From assembly GCF_963921235.1 (NCBI RefSeq), contig NC_086097.1:217126001-217190000 (forward strand): DNA of 64,000 bases, given 5' to 3'. The position numbers were made by a program, and so were the translations under genes. A model generated the notes under the pieces. The model was not told where the DNA came from. It did not search any database and was given only the letters and a program-made list of their open reading frames with translations. This DNA is from Mobula hypostoma (lineage: Eukaryota). Of the stretch, positions 51,320 to 64,000 are shown piece after piece (the stretch's first letter is position 1; the number at the start of each line of letters is the position of its first letter).

Positions 51320-51934
51320 TGTAAGGGGTTCTTCTTTCATGTTACTTGCTAAGGCTAATAAAATGGCTTCTCTGTACTGTTAACTGCTGAGGTAAGGGGT
51401 TCTCTGTAGCAGCATGTTTGGGTTATAATCAGTGATAATGGGACTTGTATTCATTTGCTAACCATTTGAGATAGATGTTATTCTTTCTTGTGTATCTGAA
51501 AGCTGTTGTTTGCGCAGGATTTGGGGAGAATGTGCCATGGGGATGAAGAGAGAAGACGCACATGAAGAGATGCTGTGAGCTGGCTAGCTGAGCGGACCCC
51601 GAGCGGGGTCTCGGGACCCGGCGGAGTTCGAAGGAGATCGAACGGTGGAAAGAGAATATTGCATGAGCTCCAGCAAATTATTTGTGCACAGAGTGAATAA
51701 AGATACAATGGTGCCTCTTATTTTATATTTTGGTTCTCTACTAACCCCATAGTTCAGTAAGAGTTATAAAATATTAATTATTTAACCACATCCTGTGTAT
51801 GGCTTGTCATCACAGGGTACTGATTTGAAACAGGGGACACATCGCACAGCATTCACCCAAACAAGAGTTCTAAGGTTTGGTTGGGCAGGGGATATCACCC
51901 CTCGATCATGCCACTAGACTAAGCGAGGGTTACA
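51320..51934 (+). mobile_element. Solo LTR (Gypsy-type, 615 bp)
   Basis: TGTAA...TTACA termini with a perfect 4-bp TSD CCAA; internal AATAAA. Confidence 0.85.
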
Positions 51935-52884
51935 CCAAAGTGCCCACTGACCTGAGAAAACTCCACACCTATGAGCTTATGGTAGTACCAGAGCCTCAAG
52001 AAAAACTTGGCTGATTGGTAATGACCAATGCCAAGACATAGCCTTTCCACTTGGATGTTGCTTCCACCATTTGCTTTATGTAGACTACTGTGGTGACGGC
52101 GTTGCTCTTGTCCGCCACGAATCATAGAGTTCAGCAGCATGGAATCAGGACTTGCAGTCCACGATGCCAATCACCAACCTCCTATTAATTGCACAGTAAC
52201 TACAGCCCAAATGAAAGCCTAATACGAATTTGTCACTTGAAAGTGTCTGAGACCCATTTGTCAGAATCCTCCACTTAAACTGCTACTTTGGCCTTTCTAT
52301 TTACATTGTCCAAACATATTACAACAAAGAGTTACTTTGTGATAAAAATACTGAAAAAACAAATACAAGTATATAGCACATTTCTGAGGTCAATATTCTA
52401 GTATTTCTTGAGACTTATATAGATATTTAGCTGCAATTGATCAAGTAATCTGGTTGTACTGAGTGGCTACATCAGTATTTGTCCTGACACACTAAATACA
52501 AGAATATGTTACAACTAAGGTCCTCAAATAATCAGCAGATTTTTGCTTCTATTGACATGAAGAGTTTGAAGTCGTCACTCTAAAACTCTGAAGCATAGAA
52601 ATTCCCAATTATTGCTGCAGGATTTAAAGTGTGAAATGACAATAATCTCAGCTAAAGTAGCATGAACTTGACGCTTCAATTTTGAACTTGTTTTTTGAAA
52701 GTTAAAAGTGACGAGCAGTCTGCTTTCAATATAACATATCCTCAGAAATAATCCTTTATATATACAGTATATTGGTTAAGGACAAAGGATGAATTTGAGA
52801 ATAACATGGAAACACAGAACTTTTCTCATCCTTGAAGCTGAAAAAAAATTCCAAAAGGTTGATGTCACTGTGAACATCAATCTC

Positions 52885-55800
52885 TTTCTTTTTAAATCTT
52901 TTTATTGAATAAGTATACAAAAAAGTAAGCCATATAGACACTAATACACTGTTAGAATATAATAAAATTACAGAAGATATTAATACAAAAAAATACAACA
53001 AACAATGTAATTTAAACATAACATACCAAGGTAACATAATAGTATACTAATTTTTATATATATATCAATAGAGAAAAAGAAACCCCCCCCCCAAAAAACC
53101 CACCGTGCAACTAACTAAAAGCAAAGTAAAGCAATGGGCTAACTTGAAACCAAACAGAGTTAAACTTAAAATCATGTCCTCAATCCCGACCTCCATTAAA
53201 AACAGTAAAAAAAAAACAAGAAGGGTATATATTACATTAAATGAAAATATTGAATAAAAGATCTCCAAGTCTGTTCAAATTTAAATGAGGAGTCATAAAG
53301 ATTGCTTCTAATTTTCTCCAAATTCAAGCATAATATCGTCTGAGAAAACCAAAAAAAGGTAGTTGGAGCATTAAGCTCTTTCCAATGTTGTAAGATACAT
53401 CTTTTCGCCATTAAAGTAAGAAATGCAATCATTCTACGGGCTGAAGGGGAAAGATTACTGGAAATTTTAGGTAGTCCAAAGATAACAGTAATAGGGTGAG
53501 GAGAGATATCTATATTTAATACCTTGGAGATAATATTAAAAAGGTCTCTCCAAAAAATTTCCAAAGTAGGGCAAGACCAAAACATATGAGTTAAAGAGGC
53601 TATCTGCCCCGGACATCTATCACAAAAAGGATTAATATGAGAATAAAAGCGCGCTAACTTATCTTTGGACATATGTGCTCTATGAACAACTTTAAATTGA
53701 ATTAGGGAATGTTTAGCACAGATAGAGGAAGTATTGACTAATTGTAAAATCTGCCCCCAGTCATCCACGGAAATGGTAAACCCCAATTCCTGTTCCCAAT
53801 CTACCCTAATCTTATCAAATGGAGCTTTCCTAAGTTTCATAATAATATTATAAATCATAGCCGATGCACCTTTCTGACATGGATTAAGGTTAATTATAGT
53901 ATCTAAAATGTATGTAGGAGGAAGCATTGGAAAGGAAGAAAGTATAGTACTTAGAAAATTTCTAACTTGTAGATATCTAAAAAAATGTATTCTTGATAAG
54001 TTATATTTATTAGATAATTGTTCAAAAGACATAAGGGAACCATCTAAAAATAAATCCAAAAACCGTGAAATACCCTTAGTCTTCCAAGTTTGAAAAGCAC
54101 GATCCGTAAAAGAGGGAGGAAAAAATATGTTACCTAAAATAGGAATCGCTAACCCAAATTGATTAAGATCAAAAAATTTTCTGAATTGAAACCAAATACG
54201 TAAAGTATATTTAACTATCGAGTTAGACACCTGTTTAAGGCGTTTCAAATCAAAAGGAAGAGAGGAACCTAAAATAGAGCCAAGTGTAAAACCCTGAACA
54301 GATTGTAATTCCAATGCTACCCATTTAGGAATGGATAGTATATCCTGGTCAAGTAACCAGAATTTCATATGTCGAATATTAATTGCCCAATAATAAAATC
54401 TAAAGTTAGGTAATGCTAAGCCTCCATTTCTCTTAGCTTTCTGTAAATGTATTTTACCCAGTCTCGGGTTTTTATTCTGCCAAATAAATGAAGAAATTTT
54501 AGAGTCAACTTTGTCAAAAAAAGATTTTGGAACAAAGATTGGTAATGCCTGAAATATATATAAAAATTTTGGCAAAAAAAAACATCTTAACTGCATTAAT
54601 ACGACCAATCAAAGTTAAATATAAAGGAAACCATTTAGATGAAAGTTGAATAATATGGTCTATTAATGGTAAAAAGTTAGTCTTAAATAAATCTTTGTAT
54701 TTACAAGTAATTTCAATCCCAAGATATGAAAAATAATTATTAATCAATTTAAATGGAAATTTATAATATAAGGGAAGTTGTTTATTAATCGGAAAGAGTT
54801 CACTCTTACTAAGATTTAATTTATAACCTGAAAAAAGACCAAATTGTGCTAATAGCTCTAAAACAGCCAGGATGGATTTTTGAGGATTAGAAATATATAA
54901 AAGTAAATCATCAGCATAGAGTGATATTTTATGGGACTTTAAGCCCCGAGTTATCCCAGTAATATTTGGAGATTCTCGAATGGCAATTGCAAGAGGTTCT
55001 AATGCAATATCAAATAACAAGGGACTAAGAGGACAACCTTGTCGAGTACCTCGAAAAAGAGGGAAAAAAGGTGAACTGAAAGAGTTAGTACGGACCGAGG
55101 CCACAGGAGAATGATATAACAGTTTAATCCAGGATATAAACTTCGAGCTAAAATTAAACATTTCAAGCACCTTAAATAAATAAGGCCATTCTACTCTATC
55201 AAAAGCTTTCTCAGCATCTAAAGAGATAACACACTCAGGAACATTTTGTGAGGGAGTATAAACGATATTTAACAGTGTGCGAATATTATAAAAAGAGTAA
55301 CGACCTTTAATAAAACCCGTTTGGTCTTCCGAAATAATAGAAGGAAGTACTTTTTCTAATCTATTTGCTAATAACTTAGAAAAAACTTTAGAATCAACAT
55401 TTAATAAAGATATTGGTCTATAAGATGCACATTGAGCAGGATCTTTATCCTTCTTTAATATTAGAGAAATTGACGCTCTATTGAAAGATTCAGGAAATTT
55501 ACCAAGTTTTAATGAAGCCTCAAAAACCCTACAGAGCCAAGGGATTAATGAAGGAGCAAAACATTTATAAAATTCTACGGTAAACCCATCAGGGCCAGGA
55601 GCTTTCCCCAAATTCATATAGAAAATAACATTCTTAATCTCATCCATGGTAATGGGAGTATCTAACATAGAAGACATATCCTGTGAATTCTCAGGGAAGT
55701 CTAAATTATCTAAAAAATCATTCATATATTTAGAATCCCGAGGAGACTCTGATTGATATAAGGAAGAGTAAAAATCACAGAAGGTTTGATTAATCCCCAC

Positions 55801-57791
55801 ATGATCAAGTATCAGTCGATCATTTTGGTTATAAATCTGATTAATTTGAGATTTAGCATAATTAGACTTCAGTTGATTAGCCAACAGTTTACCAATTTTG
55901 TCACTGTGTACATAAAATTCACTTCTTGTTTTCTTTAATTGGTTTACAATCGAGGACGAGAGTAATAAACTGTGTTCCATTTGAAGTTCAGTTCTTTGTT
56001 TATATAACTCCTCAGAAGGAGCTATAACGTATTTCTTATCAATTTCCTTAATCTTGTCCACAATTACCAACTCCTCCTGCTTCAGCTTCTTCCTTAAAGC
56101 AGCAGAATACGAGATAATCTGACCACGAATATAAGCTTTAAAAGTGTCCCAAAGAATGTTGACAGAAATATCCTCTGTATAGTTAATTGTAAAAAAAAAG
56201 ATCAATCTGTTCATTCATAAAGTTAACAAAGTCCAAGTCCTGAAGCAACAGCGAATTAAAACGCCATTGTCTATTATTTTGTATATTGGCCAGAATTTTA
56301 ATAGAAAGCTTAAGTGGAGCATGATCCGAAATGGTTATAGAGTCATAATCACATTTAATCACTGAGGAAATAAGACGAGAATCAATAAAGAAATAATCAA
56401 TTCTTGAATAGGAATGATGAACATGTGAAAAAAAAGAAAAATCCTTTTCCTGAGGATGCAAAAAACGCCAAATGTCCGTCGACCCAGAATCAGAAAGGAA
56501 TGAATTAATCAAAGTTGCAGATTTATTAGGTAAGGTCCATAGAGGAGCCGAACGGTCCAAAGCTGGAGATAAACAGGTATTAAGATCTCCGCCCCAGATC
56601 AATGAAAACTCATTCAAATTCGGAAACTGATTAAATAATGATTTATAAAATTCCGGACAGTCCATATTAGGAGCATAAACATTAACCAAAACTACTTTTT
56701 TATTAAATAGTAAACCACTAACCAATAGAAATCTACCATTCGGATCAGAAATAATATCATGTTGTATAAAAGTAACTGAGGAGTCTATAAAAATAGAGAC
56801 ACCTCGAATCTTAGCATTGGAGTTCGAATGAAACTGTTCTCCCTTCCAGAATTTAAAAAAACGTAGTCTGTCCCCCCTCCGCACATGGGTCTCTTGTAAA
56901 AATAAAATTTGTGCTTTTAGTCTCCGGAACACTTTAAAAACTTTTTTCCTTTTAATAGGATGATTAAGACCATTAGTATTCCAGGAGACAAAATTAATAA
57001 TAGACTCCATAAACCCTAAAGTCAACCCACAAAAAGGAGGATTGACGATAGGCTCGACCCACGAACCCGGAAAGGGAACAGAACATACAAGAGATACCGG
57101 GAAGAAGAACGCAACCAATACTTCAATAATGTATATAGCCCAAGAAGAAAAAAACTAAAACGTGAAGCCCCTCCCACCACCGCCCACCCCATGACCCCAA
57201 GGCTAAATCTAACGCAGACCAGCTCGAAAGAAGCAAGCACTAAAACTACCCCCATGACTTCCGGTATACGCTCCCTAAAAAAAAGTGTGAATATAAAAAA
57301 GATCAGCTGATTATAAAACAGTAAAAGAATAAAAAAAGATAACTCAATTAAAATAAACACATAACAGAATAAAAGCCAGAAAATATAAAAAAAACCGCAA
57401 TAAACCCCAGACCCATGAGTAAACAAAACAACAAAAAGAAAAAATGAGATTATTAACATAAACTAGTTAAAAAAACCTACAAAACAAAATAGATTTTTAA
57501 AAAAATACAAAATTTAAGGCCACAAAGGAAATACGTAAAATGACGATGAGGAAGTAACCACCCAGAATCCCCTGGGAAAAAGAAAGAAATGACGCAGTTA
57601 AAAAGAAAGTTTAGCAACCATATTAAGTAATCAAAAATAAACTTTTCTGCCCAAATAGGGCAAAAAAAAATTAAGACCGACAAATTCACAGCCTCCGATC
57701 AATGGAGATAGTTAAAATATTACGATTAAGATGTTGAAGGTGAAAATTGATCCAGATAACTCTGGGCATCCGATGGAGATTCAAAAAAACG
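52885..57791 (-). mobile_element. L1-clade LINE, 5'-truncated in ORF1, young
   Basis: 15-bp TSD GTGAACATCAATCTC at 52870-52884 and 57792-57806; AATAAA + A-rich tail; ORF1 tail HRFFESPSDAQSYL; full-length ORF2. Confidence 0.97.
53232..57010 (-). pseudogene. L1 ORF2 (APE endonuclease - RT - CCHC), two frameshifts
   Basis: SWNTNGLNHPIKRKK..LQETH..GGDLN..SRIDYF..SDH; KAPGPDG..DAEKAFDRV..RQGCPLSP..YADD; CDRC..THMFWSC. Frame breaks at ~56195 and ~54575. Confidence 0.95.
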
Positions 57792-59414
57792 GTGAACATC
57801 AATCTCGTCGCTATCCTCCATTGGTTTGGGGAAGCTCTGGGAGATGTCTAGTGTGCAGTGCAACAAAGGGTCCCCTTACACCTTCCCCTCTTTGTTCTGC
57901 CTTTAGCAGATACAGAAGAGAGAAAAGCAAAATTACATAAAGCAGTTAATATAGAAAAAGAAAATGCTGCAAACACTCGGCAGGTCAGGCAGCAACTATG
58001 TAGAGAGTTGCTACTCTGTGTAAACACAACATTTTGCGATGCTGGTGAAAAAAAGCAGCAGTTTTAAATAGCAAAGAAGAATGGGGAGGCTGGGCTGATG
58101 GGTGGAACAAAGAGAATATCTCAGATAATGTGAGACCATAATGTGACAGTAACAGAGATTTAAGGTCAGGTTCATCTTCTTTGTCTGTAAAATATGTCCT
58201 ACAGGTAAGTTGTAGGATATGCCTAGTTTGCCAGCCTATACAAAAAAAAAAGAAAACCCGAGCCAAAATAATGATAACAGACAGGAACAACCAGTTATGA
58301 TATAAACAGAAAGAAAGAGAAAGTCAGAGAATTCAATTTGAATTTTGCAGGCTATATCTTGCCAAGTTAGAAAGATAGTTGATATGCTTTATAAAACTGA
58401 ATATAGAATAAAACTTTCTTCATATGCGAAGATAAATACCAATACAGGCTAAAGGAGGTGTTTCTATATTGCAATTTGTGTATGCAACTTATGAATTATG
58501 ATAGAATTGCCTAATACATGTAGTGTTGATCCTTGAATGGGAAATGCAAATTATTTTGAGAGAAAACTGGGGCAAAAAGGCATACATTTTGAAACAAAAA
58601 CAACTTATGTACACTTGACACCTGGATTATCTTAACCTCAGGCTGCAATTTTAAGCATAAGTACATTTGAAGCCCATGCACTTAACTTTAATGTTCAACT
58701 TGCTGACCCAACAAACCCACCCCAAAGCTGAAAAGATGACAGATAATTTGAGTCCAGTTTTGTGAGGATTGAATAGAATTGACTGGTACCTGAAAAATAA
58801 ATCTTACTTTTCCAAATCCTTTTGTCCATATCATTGGCGAAGCCGGATGAACATGTAAACCCTTTACTCCAAATAGTTCCACCAAATAGTGGCAAATACA
58901 ATCCAATGCATGTTAAAGAGCACAGTTTATATACTAAAAAGTATCTGAAAGTGACACGACCATAAACTGTCCAGAAATAAACCCATTTGAAAGCTGCAAT
59001 TACATAATTGTCAGAGTTACCAAGGACACTGGTGTTGTCAATCTCACTTTGAGGATGACACTACCCCATTATTGTCAATGCCTGTGAGTGAAAACTAACA
59101 CTTTCTTTCAGAATACAGCACGTTAAGTGCCACACCACCTAATTACTGCATATATAGCACTGATATTTACTTGTTCTCTGCATTTATATCATGTTAGCAG
59201 AGCCACTTTTATAATCCATCTCTGTTCGTCCATGAACCAAAGTTCAGTTAACGGTCAATCACATTGCTGTAGGCCTGGAGTCAATTATACAACAGACCAA
59301 GTAGAGACAGCAAATTTTGTTCTGCAAAGGGCATAGTAAAACCAGATAGGTTTTCAGTGAAAATCTAACAGTTAATAGTCTGCAATTTTTATTCTAGATT
59401 TACTAATTAAATCA

Positions 59415-59492
59415 TGGATTTCCAACCTGTTTTATGCCATGGACCCCCACCATTAACCGAAGGGTTCACAGACCCCAGGTTGGAAACCCCTG
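59415..59492. mobile_element. Short hAT-like MITE (same family as 3729-3809)
   Basis: ttccaacc..tatgccatggacccc..ccattaaccga..gaccccaggttggaaacccctg. Confidence 0.7.
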
Positions 59493-59556
59493 AATTACAT
59501 GAATTTAAATGTGTCAGCTATGGCATTTAGTTCATCAGTACAGGCCATCTAATTGC

Positions 59557-60304
59557 CTATGAAGGTTCTCAGTCATCCAGGTCGTTGTATATCAGGCAGT
59601 AATAAATCAAAGCAACTGGACTTGCTGAGTTGTCTAGAAGACATTTCGCCACACTTCTGAGAGTGTATTTTAAACCTACAAACACACTCAGGCAGAATCT
59701 CGTCCACCCCAAGGATCCTACATCCAAACATAAACAGAGCAATATTGTACATGCTATCCAACGCAGTGAGAACTGCACAGATCTGTATGTCGGCCAGACA
59801 AAACAACCACTAACTGATGGCCCAACATAGGAGGGCTAACACCTCAGATCAAGACTCCGCTGTATATCTACACCGAAAGGACAAGGGACACCCCTTTGAT
59901 GATAACAATGTGCACATTTTGGACAGGGAGGACTGATGGTTTGAAAGAGGGGTTAATCCACTTTCCATCTTTGTCAGACTGGAAAACCCATCCCCGAACA
60001 GAGGGGCTGGGGTACGACACCACCAATCAGCTACTTACAATCTAGTCCTAACATCTCTACCCTGGTATCTCCACAACAGTTCACACCTCCATTCATGCAA
60101 AGATAAGACCAATGACCCCCTCATTATTCCTATGACTCTTAACGACCCTCATGTGATTGCTATATCGTTAAACAATTCACAGAGTTTATAAGCTGGAAAA
60201 CTACCCACCATGGATCAGACCTGAAGAAGCTACTCGGAGTGAGTGGCAAAATGTCTTCTAGACAACACAGCAAGTCCAGTTGCCTTGATTTACTAGTGCT
60301 TGAT
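59557..60304 (+). mobile_element. Second Penelope family: GIY-YIG 3' end with inverted 5' terminal piece
   Basis: FKPTNTLRQNLVHPKD..SNIVHAIQ..CTDLYVGQTKQPL; 59602-59652 is inverted relative to 60242-60293; TSD AGGCCATCT(A/G)ATTGC at 59542 and 60305. Confidence 0.88.
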
Positions 60305-61069
60305 AGGCCATCTGATTGCTAGTTTAATAATTCATAATTACTATCAAAATAGATACACATGTTCCAAAGAACAAGTTTATGTTAAGCAGCAGAAAGGAAA
60401 CTGCTGAAGGGACTTGGCAGTTCAAGAAATACCTGTGGAAACAGAACATGCTCAACATTTTGAGCTGATGGAGACAGGTGTGAGAGGAAAAAGTTGGAAG
60501 TGGAAGACAACAAATAGAGAGAGAGAGAGAGAAAGAAAGAAAAAATAAAGAAACCAGATAGGGGAGGGGAGGGGAGGATGGGGCTAGAGACAGAGCCTGC
60601 TTCCTTTACGTCAATGACACTAAGCAAAGACTAGGCAATCATTTTGCACCCTGTGCACAAAAGCTACCCTGAGCTCTCACTTGGATGCCATTTCATCTCC
60701 CCTTCACATTCCTATCCTGGCATGTTTGTCCTCAATCTACCAGACACAACACCCCACACTCCACCTTGTAGTCTACAACTCAAGGCACGAACCTTGAATT
60801 TTTAGTTTCAGGTAATCTCCACGACTACCTGGGTTTCTATCTTTCACCTTGTGATCCACCTAGGTTTCCCTCAGCCCCTGTCACCCAGTCTTCATTTACA
60901 CTGGACAACATTTTCTTTTGTAAGTGTCACTTGCTCAGATTTTTTTTTGTTTAGAGTAGACTGCTTGAAGGAGAACACAAATGTAATTTCAGACTACTTG
61001 TATCATGTAGAACTCTGGAAAAACAAGAAATTCACTTTTATTGAATATAATGCATTTAATTGCATAACA

Positions 61070-61545
61070 GTGCTGACGCTTTGTGAAAGTTCAACTAAGC
61101 TGAAAATGTTTCGTTGATGATTTTCATTTGTACTCAGTCGGAGGCTTCTCGCTTAAGTGTCCAACAATAATCAGCCAGCACTGATGGATTCCAGTTGCCC
61201 TGATACTGTTTCTCCATGACCACAATGTCCTCGTGAAACCTTTCACCATGCTCGTCACTGACAGCGGCAAGATTTGCAGGGAAGAGGTCTAAATGGGAAT
61301 GCAGAAAATGAATCTTTAGGTGACATGTAGCACTTCATGGTTGATGCATGTTGTCAACCAGCTGAACGTGGTCTGGTGCTCTGTAGATGCCAATAAAATT
61401 TTTAATAATATTCTTGAATGCTTTCTATGTGATTTTCTCCAGTCCCACTAGAAGTTGTTTGAATTGCCTGTCATTACCTGTTTGATTTGTGGACCAACAA
61501 AAATGCCTTCCTTAATTTTGAAATCAGTTATTATGAATTGAAATA
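61070..61545 (-). mobile_element. Chapaev3-like (CMC) transposase C-terminal remnant
   Basis: Minus strand reads KIHFLHSHLDLFPANLAAVSDEHGERFHEDIVVMEKQYQGNWNPSVLADYCWTLKRE; family assignment is from recall. Confidence 0.75.
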
Positions 61546-61569
61546 ACATGTACAGGTGATTTTTTTTTT

Positions 61570-62096
61570 AAATGGAGAAGCATAAATCACACGTATTTGT
61601 ATCACAATGAATAAAGGGAATTACAAAGGCATGAGAAGGGAGCTTGCCCCAGCGGATTGGGGGGGGGGGGGAGACAGTTAGGGTTGATGGCAGAGCAGCA
61701 GATGTTTCTGGGAATAGTTCACAAGGTGCAGGATAAATGTGTCCCACAGAGGAAAAAGTTCTCAAATAGCGGGGTAGGCAACCGTGGCTGACAAAAGAAA
61801 TTAAGGACTGCATAAAAGCCAAATAAAGGGCATATAAAGTAGCAAAAGTGAGTGGGAAGTTGGATGATTGGGAAGCTTTAAAATCCAACAAAAGGCAACT
61901 AAAAAAGTTACAAGAAAGGAAAAGATTAAATATGAGGGCAGACTAGCCAATAATATAAAGCAGGATACCAGAAGTTTCTTCAGTTATATAAAGAGTAAAA
62001 GTGAGGTAAGAGTTGATATTGGACCACTGGAAAATGATGCTGGTGAGGTAGTAATGGGGGACAAAGAAATGGCAGATGAACTTGATGGGTATTTTA
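61570..62096 (+). mobile_element. Older CR1 ORF2 fragment, cut by a younger CR1
   Basis: PWLTKEIKDCIK..KYEGRLANNIKQDTRSFFSYIKSK..IGPLEND..EMADELDGYF. Confidence 0.9.
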
Positions 62097-64000
62097 CATA
62101 GAAACATAGAAAATAGGTGCAGGAGTAGGCCATTCGGCCCTTCGAGCCTGCACCGCCATTTATTATGATCATGGCTGATCATCCAACTCAGAACCCAGCC
62201 TTCCCTCCATACCCCCTGACCCCTGTAGCCACAAGGGCCATATCTAACTTCCTTTTAAACATAGCTAATGAACTGGCCTCAACAGTTTGCTGTGGCAGAG
62301 AATTCCACAGATTCACCACTCTCTGTGTGAAGAAGTTTTTCCTAACCTCGGTCCTAAAAGGCTTCCCCTCTATCCTCAAACTGTGACCCCTCGTTCTAGA
62401 CCTCCCCAACATCGGGAACAATCTTCCTGCATCTAGCCTGTCCAATCCCTTTAGGATCTTATACGTTTCAATCAGATCCCCCCTCAATCTTCTAAATTCC
62501 AACGAGTACAAGCCCAGTTCATCCAGTCTTTCTTCATATGAAAGACCTGCCATCCCAGGAATCAATCTGGTGAACCTTCTTTGTACTCCCTCTATGGCAA
62601 AGATGTCTTTCCTCAGATTAGGGGACCAAAACTGCACACAATACTCCAGGTGTGGTCTCACCAAGGCCTTGTACAACTGCAGTAGTACCTCCCTGCTCCT
62701 GTACTCGAATCCTCTCGCTATAAATGCCAGCATACCGTTCGCCTTTTTCACCGCCTGCTGTACCTGCATGCCCACTTTCAATGACTGGTGTATAATGACA
62801 CCCAGGTCTCGTTGCACCTCCCCTTTTCCTAATCGGCCACCATTCAGATAATAATCTGTTTTCCTATTTTTGCCACCAAAGTGGATAACTTCACATTTAT
62901 CCACATTAAATTGCATCTGCCATGAGTTTGCCCACTCACCCAACCTATCCAAGTCACCCTGCATCCTCTTAGCATCCTCCTCACTGCTAACACTGCCACC
63001 CAGCTTCGTGTCATCCGCAAACTTGGAGATGCTGCATTTAATTCCCTCATCCAAGTCATTAATATATATTGTAAACAACTGGGGTCCTAGCACTGAGCCT
63101 TGCGGTACCCCACTAGTCACCACCTGCCATTCTGAAAAGGTCCCGTTTATTCCCACTCTTTGCTTCCTGTCTGCTAACCAATTCTCCACCCACACCAATA
63201 CCTTACCCCCAATACCGTGTGCTTTAAGTTTGCACACTAATCTCCTATGTGGGACCTTGTCAAAAGCCTTTTGAAAATCCAAATATACCACATCCACTGG
63301 TTCTCCCCTATCCACTCTACTAGTTACATCCTCAAAAAATTCTATGAGATTCGTCAGACATGATTTTCCTTTCACAAATCCATGCTGACTTTGTCCGATC
63401 ATTTCACCGCTTTCCAAATGTGCTGTTATCACATCCTTGATAACTGACTCCAGCAGTTTCCCCACCACCGACGTTAGGCTAACCGGCCTATAATTCCCCG
63501 GTTTCTCTCTCCCTCCTTTTTTAAAAAGTGGGGTTACATTAGCCACCCTCCAATCCTCAGGAACTAGTCCAGAATCTAACGAGTTTTGAAAAATTATCAC
63601 TAATGCATCCACTATTTCTTGGGCCACTTCCTTAAGCACTCTGGGATGCAGACCATCTGGCCCTGGGGATTTATCTGCCTTCAATCCCTTCAATTTACCT
63701 AACACCACTTCCCTACTAACATGTATTTCGCTCAGTTCCTCCATCTCACTGGACCCTCTGTCCCTTACTATTTCTGGAAGATTATTTATGTCCTCCTTAG
63801 TGAAGACAGAACCAAAGTAATTATTCAATTGGTCTGCCATGTCCTTGCTCCCCATAATCAATTCACCTGTTTCTGTTTGCAGGGGACCTACATTTGTCTT
63901 TATCAGTCTTTTCCTTTTTACATATCTATAAAAGCTTTTACAGTCCGTTTTTATGTTCTCTGCCAGTTTTCTCTCATAATCTTTTTTCCCCTTCCTAATT
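62097..64000 (-). mobile_element. Young CR1 LINE with an uninterrupted RT ORF (runs off the window)
   Basis: 557-aa open ORF 62188-63861 with all RT motifs; (catagaaa)n tail; same subfamily as 17722-20112. Confidence 0.98.

Noticed and set aside
57022..57689. Hydrophobic 'membrane protein' ORFs
   Set aside because: They come from the T-rich L1 inter-ORF spacer.

Overview
Repeat-dominated vertebrate genomic DNA, not prokaryotic. The repeat set (CR1 LINEs with short-repeat tails, Rex/Babar-like LINEs, an HE1/V-SINE-like element, many Penelope ends) suggests a cartilaginous fish, probably a ray or skate; this is an inference. I could not identify an intact host gene. The window holds many CR1, Rex/Babar, RTE and Penelope pieces, a young 5'-truncated L1 with a 15-bp TSD, Tc1, mariner, hAT and Chapaev remnants, two solo LTRs, and two minisatellites that appear to have grown out of a CR1 ORF1. 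The main finding is a 2.3-kb non-autonomous LTR element (31143-33453) with two LTRs, a PBS-like site, a PPT and a 5-bp TSD. Its interior is almost entirely three apparently intron-less host gene fragments: the ACIN1 C-terminus (+), the RNF213 RING region (-) and the SUDS3 C-terminus (+). Gene identities come from my recall of the human proteins and need BLAST confirmation. Boundaries of degraded repeats are approximate.
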